Assembly (NCBI GenBank): GCA_027491735.1 | Contig: JAOZGP010000024.1 | Coordinates: 1-36,146, forward strand | Length of the DNA stretch: 36,146 bases | From: Thermoproteota archaeon | GTDB taxonomy: Archaea > Korarchaeota > Korarchaeia > Korarchaeales > Korarchaeaceae | Reading direction: 5' to 3' | In this document: in pieces, positions 27,402-36,146 of the stretch | Layout: each line of letters begins with the position of its first letter | Numbering within the stretch: position 1 is the first letter of the stretch | Notes under the pieces: generated by a model | Databases searched by the model: none | Told to the model about the DNA's origin: nothing | What the model saw: only the letters and a program-made list of their open reading frames with translations | Position numbers and translations under genes: made by a program

Positions 27402-28856
27402 TCACCCTATCATGTTCAGGGCCACAACTCTATAGAGCTCAGCTAGAGGGGCTGGGTACACTCCTAGAAGGATTATGAAAGCTGATGGAATTAGAAGCGC
27501 TACAATCTCCGTCACCACCAGATCTTCAGCCTCGTCTTCATATCTCTGCTCTCCGAAGATCATCCTCTGAATCATCCAAAGGTTATAAGCTGCGTTGAGG
27601 AGCAGACCAGCTATGAGTGGTATTGCCACATAACCAAAGGCTTTGAAAGCCCCCATAAACGAGAAGAACTCGGCTGGAAACCCGCTAAGTCCAGGAAGAC
27701 CAAGACTAGCCATTCCTCCGAATACAAGAAAAGCGCTCGAGATGGGCATGGCCTTTGTGAACCCTTTAAGGATGGGGATGTCGTAGGAATGGAATCTATA
27801 CTTGTAGAACCCGCACATGTTGAACAGCATCCCGTTTATGAGCCCGTGGCTGAACATCATGAACATGGCACCCACCCACCCGATGACCGTGTGAGATCCA
27901 ATCCCTACCAGGAAGACTCCCATATGAGCTATCGAGCTGTAGGCCACCAGCCTCTTGAGGTTTATCTGTGAGATGGCGACAAGAGAGGCATAGAACAGGC
28001 TTAAGGCTCCCAAACCAGCAATCCATGTACTGATCGATGCTGCAGCTTTTGGGAATAATCCATATCCCATTCTCAGTATACCATATCCTCCAGTCTTCAG
28101 GAGAAGACCAGCCAGTATGACGCTTATAGGGGATGGAGCTTCCACATGAGCATCAGGAAGCCAGGTGTGTAGAGGGACTGAGGGCACCTTTATCAGATAT
28201 CCTATGATGAGGAGGGAGCAGAGTATCTTCGCTAAAGTGAGGGGCATGTACCCTTCGGCCGCTGTCAACGTGGAGTAGTCGAATGTTCTAATACCTGTTG
28301 TCCAAAAATACTTTAGATGAATGAATATAAATGTGAAGAACATCAGCAAGGAGCCTATATGTGTGAATATGAAGAACTTTATAGCTGCATACCTTCTGTT
28401 TTCGCTTCCCCATATCGCTATAAGAAAGTACATCGGGATGAGCTCCACTTCCCAGAAGAGGAAGAAGATGAAGAGATCCATGGATACAAACACACCAAGT
28501 ATGCCCGTCTGAAGAACCATGAGCAATAGGTTATAGAGAGCATTCCTCTCTTTTATTATTCTCATCGACCCCAGGGCTGAGCTTACGAAGAGAATAGTCG
28601 TCAGCAGGACTAGCGTCATTGAGAGACCATCTACTGATAGCTTGTAGCTCACTCCGAACATTCGGATCCAGGGATAAACCTCGGTGAACTGCATCCTGTA
28701 GGCCTCCGACCAGTTGAATGATACAGAGAGATACAGAGCCAAAACAAGGTCCAGAACAGCTCCTAGCAAAGTCACATGTTTCGAGCGCCTCTCCCCCGAG
28801 AGATAAGCTATCACGCCGAAGATCGCTGGAAGCCATACTATGAGGGAAAGCAACAT
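27402..28856 (-). CDS. nuoM: Complex I-like subunit M
   Basis: FWEVELIPMY, KVPSVPLHTWLPDAHVEAP, LLKTGGYG, GFPAEF. Confidence 0.94.
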   Translation of the reverse strand: MLLSLIVWLPAIFGVIAYLSGERRSKHVTLLGAVLDLVLALYLSVSFNWSEAYRMQFTEVYPWIRMFGVSYKLSVDGLSMTLVLLTTILFVSSALGSMRIIKERNALYNLLLMVLQTGILGVFVSMDLFIFFLFWEVELIPMYFLIAIWGSENRRYAAIKFFIFTHIGSLLMFFTFIFIHLKYFWTTGIRTFDYSTLTAAEGYMPLTLAKILCSLLIIGYLIKVPSVPLHTWLPDAHVEAPSPISVILAGLLLKTGGYGILRMGYGLFPKAAASISTWIAGLGALSLFYASLVAISQINLKRLVAYSSIAHMGVFLVGIGSHTVIGWVGAMFMMFSHGLINGMLFNMCGFYKYRFHSYDIPILKGFTKAMPISSAFLVFGGMASLGLPGLSGFPAEFFSFMGAFKAFGYVAIPLIAGLLLNAAYNLWMIQRMIFGEQRYEDEAEDLVVTEIVALLIPSAFIILLGVYPAPLAELYRVVALNMIG

Positions 28857-28869
28857 TCATTTTCACCTC

Positions 28870-30738
28870 CTATAAAAGCATCAACAGGAGAAGAAGCACT
28901 ATCCCCAGCGCTAGGATCTCCACGTAGTCCTGTACCACACCGGTATGGATCCTTCTCATGTAGTCGCCTAAGATCAAGAATTCCCTGCCTAGGGCGTTCA
29001 CCACGCCATCCACAATTTTCCTATCAAACCATATCATGAAAGGGGATAGATGCTCCCTGAACAAGGCCGCCAGACCGTAGCAGAATATATCTGTTCCGTA
29101 CTTCTCATCGAGAAGCTTGAAGAGAAAGGTCCTAGTTAGGTCGGGTGGCCTTGAGATGTAGTACATATAGGTGGCGAGAGCCAAACCCATAACAGCCAAA
29201 GTGAGGGTTATGGGCTCTATCAGGAGCTTGGGAATGCGTACCCTGGAGACCAGAGCCACCGCTTTTCCAATCTCGACAACTCCCTCTGAGTACTTGGAGG
29301 ACAGGTAGCCCATAGCTGAGGAGACTTGGACCATCACGTCCTCACCGAGAAAACTGAGAGCTACCGTCGTGGCTACCAAAGCGTATAAAGGTATCAACAT
29401 GATCTTGGGAGCCTCATGAACATGGAATTCCTCCGGAGGTCTCTCTCTCCAGCCGAAGAAGGTCATGAACCACATCCGAAATATGTAAAAGGCTGTGAGA
29501 GCACTCGTTATAGCGGCCAATAGATACAGCACCGTGTCCCCATTTACAGCCGCAGTTTCTATGACTAGACCCTTGCTGAAGAATCCGCTGAAGGGTGGTA
29601 TGCCGGCCAGGGAAAGACTTCCCACAAGCATTGCCATGGCTGTCAGCTTCATGGACCTCCAGAGGCCTCCAAGCTTACGCATATCTCTAGTGTCTAGAGT
29701 TGCGTGAAGAACAGCACCTGAACACAGGAACAAGAGGGCCTTGAAGCTTGAATGGCTGAGGAGGTGGAATACTCCCCTTCCCACTCCACCCAATCCGATG
29801 GCCAGAAGCATGTAACCGAGCTGGCTTATGGTGGAGTAGGCGAGGACCCTCTTTATGTCATATTCCGTGAAGGCCAGGGTCGCTGCTAGGAAGGCGGTGA
29901 GGCCCCCCACGTAGCTAGTAGCAAGCAGAGCAGTATTGGATGAGGAAATAAACGGAAACATCCTAGCCATCAAATAAACTCCTGCGTTAACCATCGTGGC
30001 GGCATGTATGAGCGCACTAACAGTAGTTGGACCTTCCATAGCCTCCCAAAGCCAGCCCCAGAGAGGGATTTGAGAGCTCTTTCCTATAGCACCTATGAGC
30101 ATGAAGATGGATATCATCGTGACGAGGCTCCGGCTAAGTTGAGGTGGGGAGGAGTTTATCCTGACTATGTTTAAAGTCCCCAAGTTGAGGTATACGAGAA
30201 GCATGGCCGCCAAGAGGAAAACATCCCCTATCCTCGTCGTCAGAAATGCCTTGAGGGACCCCCTCATTGCTGGCATTCGTTCATACCAGAAGCCTATCAG
30301 AGCATATGAGCAGAACCCCATTATCTCCCAAGCCACGAACATGGTTACCATATCCAAGGAGATCACGAACAGCTGCATGGCCCCTATGAACAGACAGATC
30401 AGGGCGTAGTACCTGGGCCTTCCAGGATCCTCGTGCATGTACCCGAGACTGAACATCACTATCAAAAAGGATACCCAGCTCACGGCGATCAGCATGAGAC
30501 CTGCTGCTCCGTCTACATATATTCCAGAGAATCCAACCAATCCCATCCAGTTGAGCTTTATGAGAAACTCCTTACCCTCTATAGCCTCCATCCCCGCAGG
30601 TATGCTTAAAATCAGAGAAAGCCCCACTAGTACTATTGCTATACCCCCTCCCTTCTCCCAAGTCCTTCTACCAAAGAGAAGGCAGAGAGGAAATCCCAGG
30701 AAGGATATAAGAGGAACCAAGTAGGCGTACTGTATCAT
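28870..30738 (-). CDS. nuoL: Complex I-like subunit L
   Basis: WEIMGFCSY, GKSSQIP, AMEGPTTVSALIHAATMV, AYSTISQLGYM, C-terminal transverse helix region. Confidence 0.94.
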   Translation of the reverse strand: MIQYAYLVPLISFLGFPLCLLFGRRTWEKGGGIAIVLVGLSLILSIPAGMEAIEGKEFLIKLNWMGLVGFSGIYVDGAAGLMLIAVSWVSFLIVMFSLGYMHEDPGRPRYYALICLFIGAMQLFVISLDMVTMFVAWEIMGFCSYALIGFWYERMPAMRGSLKAFLTTRIGDVFLLAAMLLVYLNLGTLNIVRINSSPPQLSRSLVTMISIFMLIGAIGKSSQIPLWGWLWEAMEGPTTVSALIHAATMVNAGVYLMARMFPFISSSNTALLATSYVGGLTAFLAATLAFTEYDIKRVLAYSTISQLGYMLLAIGLGGVGRGVFHLLSHSSFKALLFLCSGAVLHATLDTRDMRKLGGLWRSMKLTAMAMLVGSLSLAGIPPFSGFFSKGLVIETAAVNGDTVLYLLAAITSALTAFYIFRMWFMTFFGWRERPPEEFHVHEAPKIMLIPLYALVATTVALSFLGEDVMVQVSSAMGYLSSKYSEGVVEIGKAVALVSRVRIPKLLIEPITLTLAVMGLALATYMYYISRPPDLTRTFLFKLLDEKYGTDIFCYGLAALFREHLSPFMIWFDRKIVDGVVNALGREFLILGDYMRRIHTGVVQDYVEILALGIVLLLLLMLL

Positions 30739-31052
30739 GACAACTCCTCCCTTATCTTTCTTATCTCATCGAGCTGGGGTGTCGCGAAGAGCTTCATTAT
30801 GAGGAGAAATAGAGCTATGCCTACAGCCGATTCGGCAGCCACCAGGACTATCGAGTAGAGGAGGAAGGCCTCTCCAGCAGGAAGGGAGTGTCCCAGATAT
30901 ATGAAGGTCGTCATAGCGGCCAATATGCCAGCGTTGACAACTAACTCTGAGGAGATAAACATCCTTATAGCATTCCTCCTTGTCATAAGTCCATAAATAC
31001 CTATGGAGAGCAGTGCCACAGAGGTTATGAGAAGGAAGCTGGCGTGTAACAT
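30735..31052 (-). CDS. nuoK: Complex I-like subunit K
   Basis: IGIYGLMTRRN, SELVVNA, AAESAVG; ATG 31052 with GGAGGTG RBS. Confidence 0.9.
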   Translation of the reverse strand: MLHASFLLITSVALLSIGIYGLMTRRNAIRMFISSELVVNAGILAAMTTFIYLGHSLPAGEAFLLYSIVLVAAESAVGIALFLLIMKLFATPQLDEIRKIREELS

Positions 31053-31053
31053 T

Positions 31054-31527
31054 TCACTCAGCACCTCCCGTCAGGTAGGACGCCGCTACTATCACCACGA
31101 CAACAGAGGTGGCCAAAAGGATCAGAGCAAAGGGGTTTGCCTTCAGAGCTATTAAGGCCACTTCCCTTAACCTCTCCGAGCTCGGAGACAGAAAGGCTGC
31201 CACGGACGTCACAAAGTAGCTGGCCAAGACGAACACAGCAACGGAAATTATCAAAGAACTCGTCCTATGAACTGCTCTGTTCTCCGTCTCAAGATATCTC
31301 ATAGCCATAGCAAACAGCATGACTATTGTTACTCCCCCTCCGTAGATCAATATCTGAATCAGCCCTATGAACTGGGCGCCCATCACCAGGAAGGTAAGTC
31401 CCACGTTAACTATCACAATTCCAAGAAAAAAGGCAGCTCTCATGGAATTTCTGTCCTCCACTGCCAGAGCGGCCGCAACCACGGTAACAACCGAGAGCTC
31501 CATAAGCGCCAGATCCAGGAAGTTCAT
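31054..31527 (-). CDS. nuoJ: Complex I-like subunit J
   Basis: GAQFIGLIQILIYGGGVTIVMLF; position in operon. Confidence 0.88.
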   Translation of the reverse strand: MNFLDLALMELSVVTVVAAALAVEDRNSMRAAFFLGIVIVNVGLTFLVMGAQFIGLIQILIYGGGVTIVMLFAMAMRYLETENRAVHRTSSLIISVAVFVLASYFVTSVAAFLSPSSERLREVALIALKANPFALILLATSVVVVIVAASYLTGGAE

Positions 31528-32213
31528 GCTTTGAGCACCCCCTCGTCAACCAGATTGAATATCCTGATAACTTCATCTATCAGTTCCCCCTCTCTCCTTT
31601 GAAATTCATCCTCCACTATTTCCCCGGCGAATCTCTTCTTCCTGAGCTCCTGATACTCCTGCTCCAATTTCTTCACGGAATCCTCGAACTCCCGACCTGC
31701 TGCTTTACTCATCAGACTCGTCTGAAGGAGATAGTGTATTTTCTTTCTGAGGCCGTGTTCCTCTCCGGATAGCTCATAGGGATCGCTTATCAGATGAAGT
31801 CTTGAGGAGGCTGAAAAGCCGTAGTTCTTAGACATATGGATGGCTTGTTTTGGACAAGCCTCGACGCAGAGGCCACACATGAGACAGTGCCCGTGATCTA
31901 CGGCAGGTCTTCTCCTCAGAATCACTTGTCTCCTATCAGAAGGATCTACATCGTCAGGAAGCACGTAGTCTATGGCCCCGTTAGGACAAGCTCGTCCGCA
32001 GTTCCCACATCCTATGCACTTGTCCAGCTCGAGAACTATATGTCCCCTGTAGCACTCGGACAACCTGAGCTTCTCCTTTGGATACATGACCGTGAAGGGC
32101 CTCTTGAAGAGATAAGGGAATGTCCTTCTAAGCGGTGTGATAACCCCTTTGATGTGTCCGACCGCCTCCCTCCTAACATTCACAGAGACCTCCATCTCCT
32201 CAGATCCCCTCAT
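31524..32213 (-). CDS. nuoI: Complex I-like subunit I (2x[4Fe-4S]) with C-terminal extension
   Basis: TVMYP, YRGH, CIGCGNCGRACP, CLMCGLCVEACP. Confidence 0.9.
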   Translation of the reverse strand: MRGSEEMEVSVNVRREAVGHIKGVITPLRRTFPYLFKRPFTVMYPKEKLRLSECYRGHIVLELDKCIGCGNCGRACPNGAIDYVLPDDVDPSDRRQVILRRRPAVDHGHCLMCGLCVEACPKQAIHMSKNYGFSASSRLHLISDPYELSGEEHGLRKKIHYLLQTSLMSKAAGREFEDSVKKLEQEYQELRKKRFAGEIVEDEFQRREGELIDEVIRIFNLVDEGVLKA

Positions 32214-32220
32214 TTGAAGA

Positions 32221-33270
32221 TCACCCCAGGATTGATAGAAGGAAAGTTGCCCAGAGCACGTTGATGGCTGCCAAGGGTATGAGATACCTCCAGGAGATCG
32301 AGATCACCTGATCGGGTCTCGGCCTGAAGATGGTTACCCTGACGACCATGTTCGCTATCATGACGACATACACCTTGACCAGGAAGCATATAAGCGGATC
32401 CCCAGGTCCAGCCCATCCACCTAGGTAGAGGATTGTGAACATAGCTGAGTTGACGAACAGAGAGAGATACTCGAGCATGTAAGCTAGACCGAACTTCATT
32501 GCTGTTATATCGGTCCTCCAACCAGCGACAAGTTCGCTCTCAGCCTCACTTATGTCAAAGGGGGATCTTCCTGTTGCCATTGACATTGCTATGAAGTGCA
32601 CCACTGCCCCAACTGGAAGTATCACGGCAAAGGGGAGCCTAATCATTTCTTGAATTCTGACTATTGTGCTCATATCAAGCGATCTGGCCAGAAGAGCGGG
32701 AGCTATCACACATAAACCCAGCGGGATCTCCTCTGATAGATATTTTAGTCCCTCCCTGAAGGCTCCAAGTAGAGAGTACTTGCTGAACTGCCCTGGGAAG
32801 GCAAACAAGAGGACTATTCCTGGGATCAATGAGCTGAAAGCCACTGCAAACAGCAGATTATATTTGACCTTTATCAGGGAAGCGCCGTCAGCCCATGGTA
32901 TCACGGATAGGGCTAGAAATCCCGCTAGAACGAAGAGGGGAGCAGACATATAGTTTAGCAAAACATCCGCGTTGAAAGGTCTTATGTCCTCTTTTATCAT
33001 GAGCTTCAGAAAATCGGCTATCAGCTGGAGCGTCCCAAAGGGCCCTGTTTCGGTTATCGATCTCCTGTTGTGTATCCTCCCGAGGACCTTTCTTTCTAGA
33101 TATATCAGCAACAGAAGATTCAGCGTGAATAGAAGCAAAAATCCTAGGGATTTTACCAAAAGAATTACGCCTTCTCTAGCAATCCCGGATAGCTCAAGGG
33201 CTGAGACCAGATCCTCAGCCAGTTTGACCACGAAACCCCACACGGTATTTATTATGGGGCTCTCAGTCAT
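32221..33270 (-). CDS. nuoH: Complex I-like subunit H
   Basis: ERKVLGRIHNR, ADFLKLMIKED, RSPFDISEAESELVAGW; ATG overlaps nuoCD stop (TGATG). Confidence 0.93.
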   Translation of the reverse strand: MTESPIINTVWGFVVKLAEDLVSALELSGIAREGVILLVKSLGFLLLFTLNLLLLIYLERKVLGRIHNRRSITETGPFGTLQLIADFLKLMIKEDIRPFNADVLLNYMSAPLFVLAGFLALSVIPWADGASLIKVKYNLLFAVAFSSLIPGIVLLFAFPGQFSKYSLLGAFREGLKYLSEEIPLGLCVIAPALLARSLDMSTIVRIQEMIRLPFAVILPVGAVVHFIAMSMATGRSPFDISEAESELVAGWRTDITAMKFGLAYMLEYLSLFVNSAMFTILYLGGWAGPGDPLICFLVKVYVVMIANMVVRVTIFRPRPDQVISISWRYLIPLAAINVLWATFLLSILG

Positions 33271-34859
33271 CACTTATCCACCTCTCCGAAGCATATATCT
33301 ATAGACTCTATTATTGCAGACATATCGGCGTAGCGAGCGCCCCTCAACATATGATGAAGTGTGGCAACATTTGAGAATGTTGGGCTTTTCACCCTGAACC
33401 TGTAGGGTGTCCCCTTACCATCACTCACTATGTAGAAGGCCGCCTCGCCTCTCGGATCCTCCACCCTCCCAAAGGCTTCACCTGCAGGAGCCTTCATTAT
33501 AAAAGTGGGAACCTTGGCTCTGATAGGAGTGTCAGGGATCTTCTCCAACGCTTGCTGTATTATCCGAGAGCTCTCCAAGATCTCCTTAAGACGGACCACG
33601 TACCTCGCTAAGACGTCTCCATCCCTCTCGACCACCACGTCGAAGTCGAACTCATCGATCCCCCAATAGGGATCCACCTTCCTGACGTCGTACTCTATGC
33701 CAGCAGCCCGAAGGACCGGTCCTGTGGCCCCAACGTCAAGAGCGGCCTGGCCTCTGAGTATACCCACCTTTTCAGTCCTGAGAAGGAAGCTCTCGTTAGA
33801 TAGGGTTAGGTCCATGTACTCAGGAAGGTGCTTGTCCAGGTCTTGAAGCGTCTCCTTGAGCTTCCTGTAGAAGTATTCCGGAGGGTCCTTGGCCACGCCA
33901 CCTATCCTCCCATAGGTGTAAAGCAGGCGATTGCCCGTCATTATCTCCATGAGGTCCAGGAACTTCTCCCTCTCCCTGATCGGATAGAGGAACATTGAGT
34001 GGAATGTTCCGACGTTAGCTGCAAGGGCAGCCACAAAGAGGAGATGGCTTATTATCCTCTGCATCTCGAAGGCCACGATCCTGAGCACCTTCGCCTTGTT
34101 AGGTACCTCCACCTTGAGAAGCTTCTCGACCACATAATGATATAGCAGATTCCAGGACATCGCTGAGCCATAGCATAGTCTGTCGGCGAATATCCCTATC
34201 TGATCGTATCTTCTCCTCTCAGCCAACCACTCTATTCCCCGGTGAAGCCATCCTATGTCGGGCCAGGCTTCTACTATGGTGTCCCCTCTGACCTCGAACA
34301 CAAGCCTCCACATCCCATGGAGAACTGGATGCATGGGCCCCACGCTCAGGAGGAACTCGTCCGGACCCAATTTTTTTATTATTTTTGTATAATTGTAAGG
34401 ATTATAATATCTTTCAGAGGCCTTCCACCACGGATAGTCCTCAGGAGAGGGTTTGTAGTCCTTCCTGAGTGGGGGATCGCCCTTCCATCCGGGTGGGAGG
34501 AGCAAAGGTCTGGGATCAGGATGACCTAGAAACTTAATCCCCATCAGATCGGATGTCTCCCTCTCGTGCCAGTTGGCTGATGGAAATATCGGTGTAACCG
34601 ATGGGATCTCGGGATTTTCTCTGTCCAGATAAACTCTTATCCATAGGATCTCCTGAGAGTTGAGTTTGTTAAAATGATAGACCACTTCCAATTTCTCCCT
34701 CCAGTCAATGCCCGTGACGAGCATCACTTGGGCCCATCCTTCCCTCTTTATCTCCCTAGCAAGTTCATTCATTTTGGAAGGATCTTCAAGCCGGTAAGTC
34801 GGGTTCAAATGATCGGAATCCACCTTCGTCAGATAATCTAGCTTATCAAGGGAGTTCAC
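33270..34859 (-). CDS. nuoCD: Fused complex I-like subunit C/D
   Basis: C part: ANWHERETSDLMGIKFLGHP, PLRKD; D part: GPMHPVLHG, GWLHRGIE, DRLCY, EDPRGE, DICFGEVDK; GTG 34859 with GGGGTGA RBS. Confidence 0.9.
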   Translation of the reverse strand: MNSLDKLDYLTKVDSDHLNPTYRLEDPSKMNELAREIKREGWAQVMLVTGIDWREKLEVVYHFNKLNSQEILWIRVYLDRENPEIPSVTPIFPSANWHERETSDLMGIKFLGHPDPRPLLLPPGWKGDPPLRKDYKPSPEDYPWWKASERYYNPYNYTKIIKKLGPDEFLLSVGPMHPVLHGMWRLVFEVRGDTIVEAWPDIGWLHRGIEWLAERRRYDQIGIFADRLCYGSAMSWNLLYHYVVEKLLKVEVPNKAKVLRIVAFEMQRIISHLLFVAALAANVGTFHSMFLYPIREREKFLDLMEIMTGNRLLYTYGRIGGVAKDPPEYFYRKLKETLQDLDKHLPEYMDLTLSNESFLLRTEKVGILRGQAALDVGATGPVLRAAGIEYDVRKVDPYWGIDEFDFDVVVERDGDVLARYVVRLKEILESSRIIQQALEKIPDTPIRAKVPTFIMKAPAGEAFGRVEDPRGEAAFYIVSDGKGTPYRFRVKSPTFSNVATLHHMLRGARYADMSAIIESIDICFGEVDK

Positions 34860-34863
34860 GGGA

Positions 34864-35922
34864 TCACCCCTCGGGCCTGACGATGGGGATGGACCATTTA
34901 ACTTCGTCAATCCTCCTATTACCTTTTATCCTCTCAACAAGCTTTCCCTTACGGTAAACATTGATTAAAGCATCCAAGTAGGCTTCGGGTCTGATAGGAC
35001 AGCCAGTTATATATAGATCCACTGGCACCACCTTGTTGGCCCCATCAACCACACTGTAGGATCCCTGGAATGGGCCCCCTGTTATAGCGCACTCTCCAAC
35101 AGCTATCACAAACTTCGGTTCCGGCATCTGATCGTGTATTATCTTCAGGCATCGAGCAAATTTCTTGGTCACTGGACCGTTTACAAGGAGAAAGTCTGCC
35201 TGTCTTGGAGAAGCTGGGGGTATAACTCCAAATCTCTCCATGTCGAACCTTGAAGCTCCAACTGCCATGGGAACCTCCAAAGCACAGCACATTATCCCCA
35301 GATGAGGAAGCCATGGTGATTTCGATAGAGCCCACGAGAATATAGGTTGGAGCATCTTTCTCAACGCTGATCGGATCCCTTTTATCACGAGGTTGTCCCA
35401 GTTTCTCTCCAGCTCATCAACTTCTTTGGCCTCATCCAAGGGGACTGGGTCAAAGATCCCCTCGGGGGGAGGAGTTATCCTCACGACTTCCTCATAGGGA
35501 AGCTCCTTGCCCCTCTGATACGATGGAGTCAACCGGACACCCTCATTTTTCCACATAATAAAGGTTCCTATCAAAGCTAAAACCAGGGACAGAAGAGTTG
35601 CTGTGTTAACAGCAGTCCAGGTTTGTGATGTCGTCGATGCCCAGAGAAAGAGGAATCCAGACAAGGCATCGAAGGCTATGAAGGCCAACGGAAAAGTGTA
35701 GTATTGAATGTTGATTCTGGGAGGTATCCTTCCTATGGGGACCTCCCCGGCCTCAAAATCCTCTCTTTTGTACGGTCTCCTCTTCCTAGATCTTCTTTCG
35801 AAAATAGCCAATGGGCCCCCAGGTGCCAAGAGTTTAGGGATGAAAACAGCTAGGAGCATAGCCACAAATATCAGCAGGGAGTAGACTGCTAGGAACAACA
35901 ACCAACTGCGGGTTGGTGCCAT
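34864..35922 (-). CDS. nuoAB: Fused complex I-like subunit A/B
   Basis: N-terminal 3-TM NuoA (FEAG loop, QYYTFPLAFIAFD), linker, then NuoB (GIMCCALE, SPRQAD, QMPEPK, GECA, GCPIRPE) in one uninterrupted frame. Confidence 0.88.
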   Translation of the reverse strand: MAPTRSWLLFLAVYSLLIFVAMLLAVFIPKLLAPGGPLAIFERRSRKRRPYKREDFEAGEVPIGRIPPRINIQYYTFPLAFIAFDALSGFLFLWASTTSQTWTAVNTATLLSLVLALIGTFIMWKNEGVRLTPSYQRGKELPYEEVVRITPPPEGIFDPVPLDEAKEVDELERNWDNLVIKGIRSALRKMLQPIFSWALSKSPWLPHLGIMCCALEVPMAVGASRFDMERFGVIPPASPRQADFLLVNGPVTKKFARCLKIIHDQMPEPKFVIAVGECAITGGPFQGSYSVVDGANKVVPVDLYITGCPIRPEAYLDALINVYRKGKLVERIKGNRRIDEVKWSIPIVRPEG

Positions 35923-36009
35923 CGGCCGTCGGCCGAATTGGCATCGCTCAAAAAATAAATTTATGTTATGACCTACAGTTGTAGTAGATCAACTCCTCAA
36001 GCACTGGCT

Positions 36010-36146
36010 TCAGGTGCAGAGGGGTTCAGCGGACATATCCTTCTGTAGATATGCGTTCACCTTGGGACACATAAACCTCAGCCCCTCTGGGTTAATCGGG
36101 AGCGTATCATCGGTCTCGTCCCCTTTCAGGGTAGCCCCACTTCTTC
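36010..36146 (-). mobile_element. Possible 3' end of an IS200/IS605-family tnpB gene with overlapping structured RNA (truncated by window)
   Basis: Frame open from the edge to TGA at 36010 (RSGATLKGDETDDTLPINPEGLRFMCPKVNAYLQKDMSAEPLCT), several stems and a GAAA tetraloop; resemblance to archaeal tnpB tails is from memory, not a search. Confidence 0.35.

Noticed and set aside
33270-34859. Group 4 [NiFe]-hydrogenase large subunit
   Set aside because: Neither CxxC motif is complete (RLCY, DICFG) and no maturation genes are present

Overview
Gene-dense chromosomal region of a thermophilic archaeon. The evidence is TATA/BRE promoters, several apparently leaderless genes, GGTGA-type ribosome-binding sites, Sec61beta, an alpha2-type GlyRS and an intron-containing tRNA with no encoded CCA. 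A TACK/Korarchaeota-like origin is my inference only. Left to right: a hairpin-rich noncoding stretch; an atypical LysW-like zinc-ribbon protein; an operon of Ldh_2 dehydrogenase, CCG Fe-S protein, LutB-like protein and metallophosphoesterase; DHH phosphoesterase; glyS; a purine PRTase; a Sec61beta gene missed by the ORF track; a beta-CASP nuclease; an Lrp regulator; a DUF2070-like protein; tRNA-Lys(UUU) with an 18-nt BHB intron; an uncharacterised trio of nucleotidyltransferase-like protein, metallophosphoesterase and APC permease; a divergent 2-TM protein plus tandem arrestin-fold-like protein; an Opp/Dpp ABC importer; a MacB/FtsX-type ABC with a COG1361-like surface protein; an 11-subunit complex I-like (Nuo/Fpo-like) operon with no electron-input module and with NuoA-NuoB and NuoC-NuoD fusions; and a structured segment at the right edge resembling a tnpB 3' end/omega RNA. 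The best candidates for undescribed biology are the NTase-phosphoesterase-permease locus and its divergent arrestin-like pair. All family calls come from motif recognition by eye; no searches were run.
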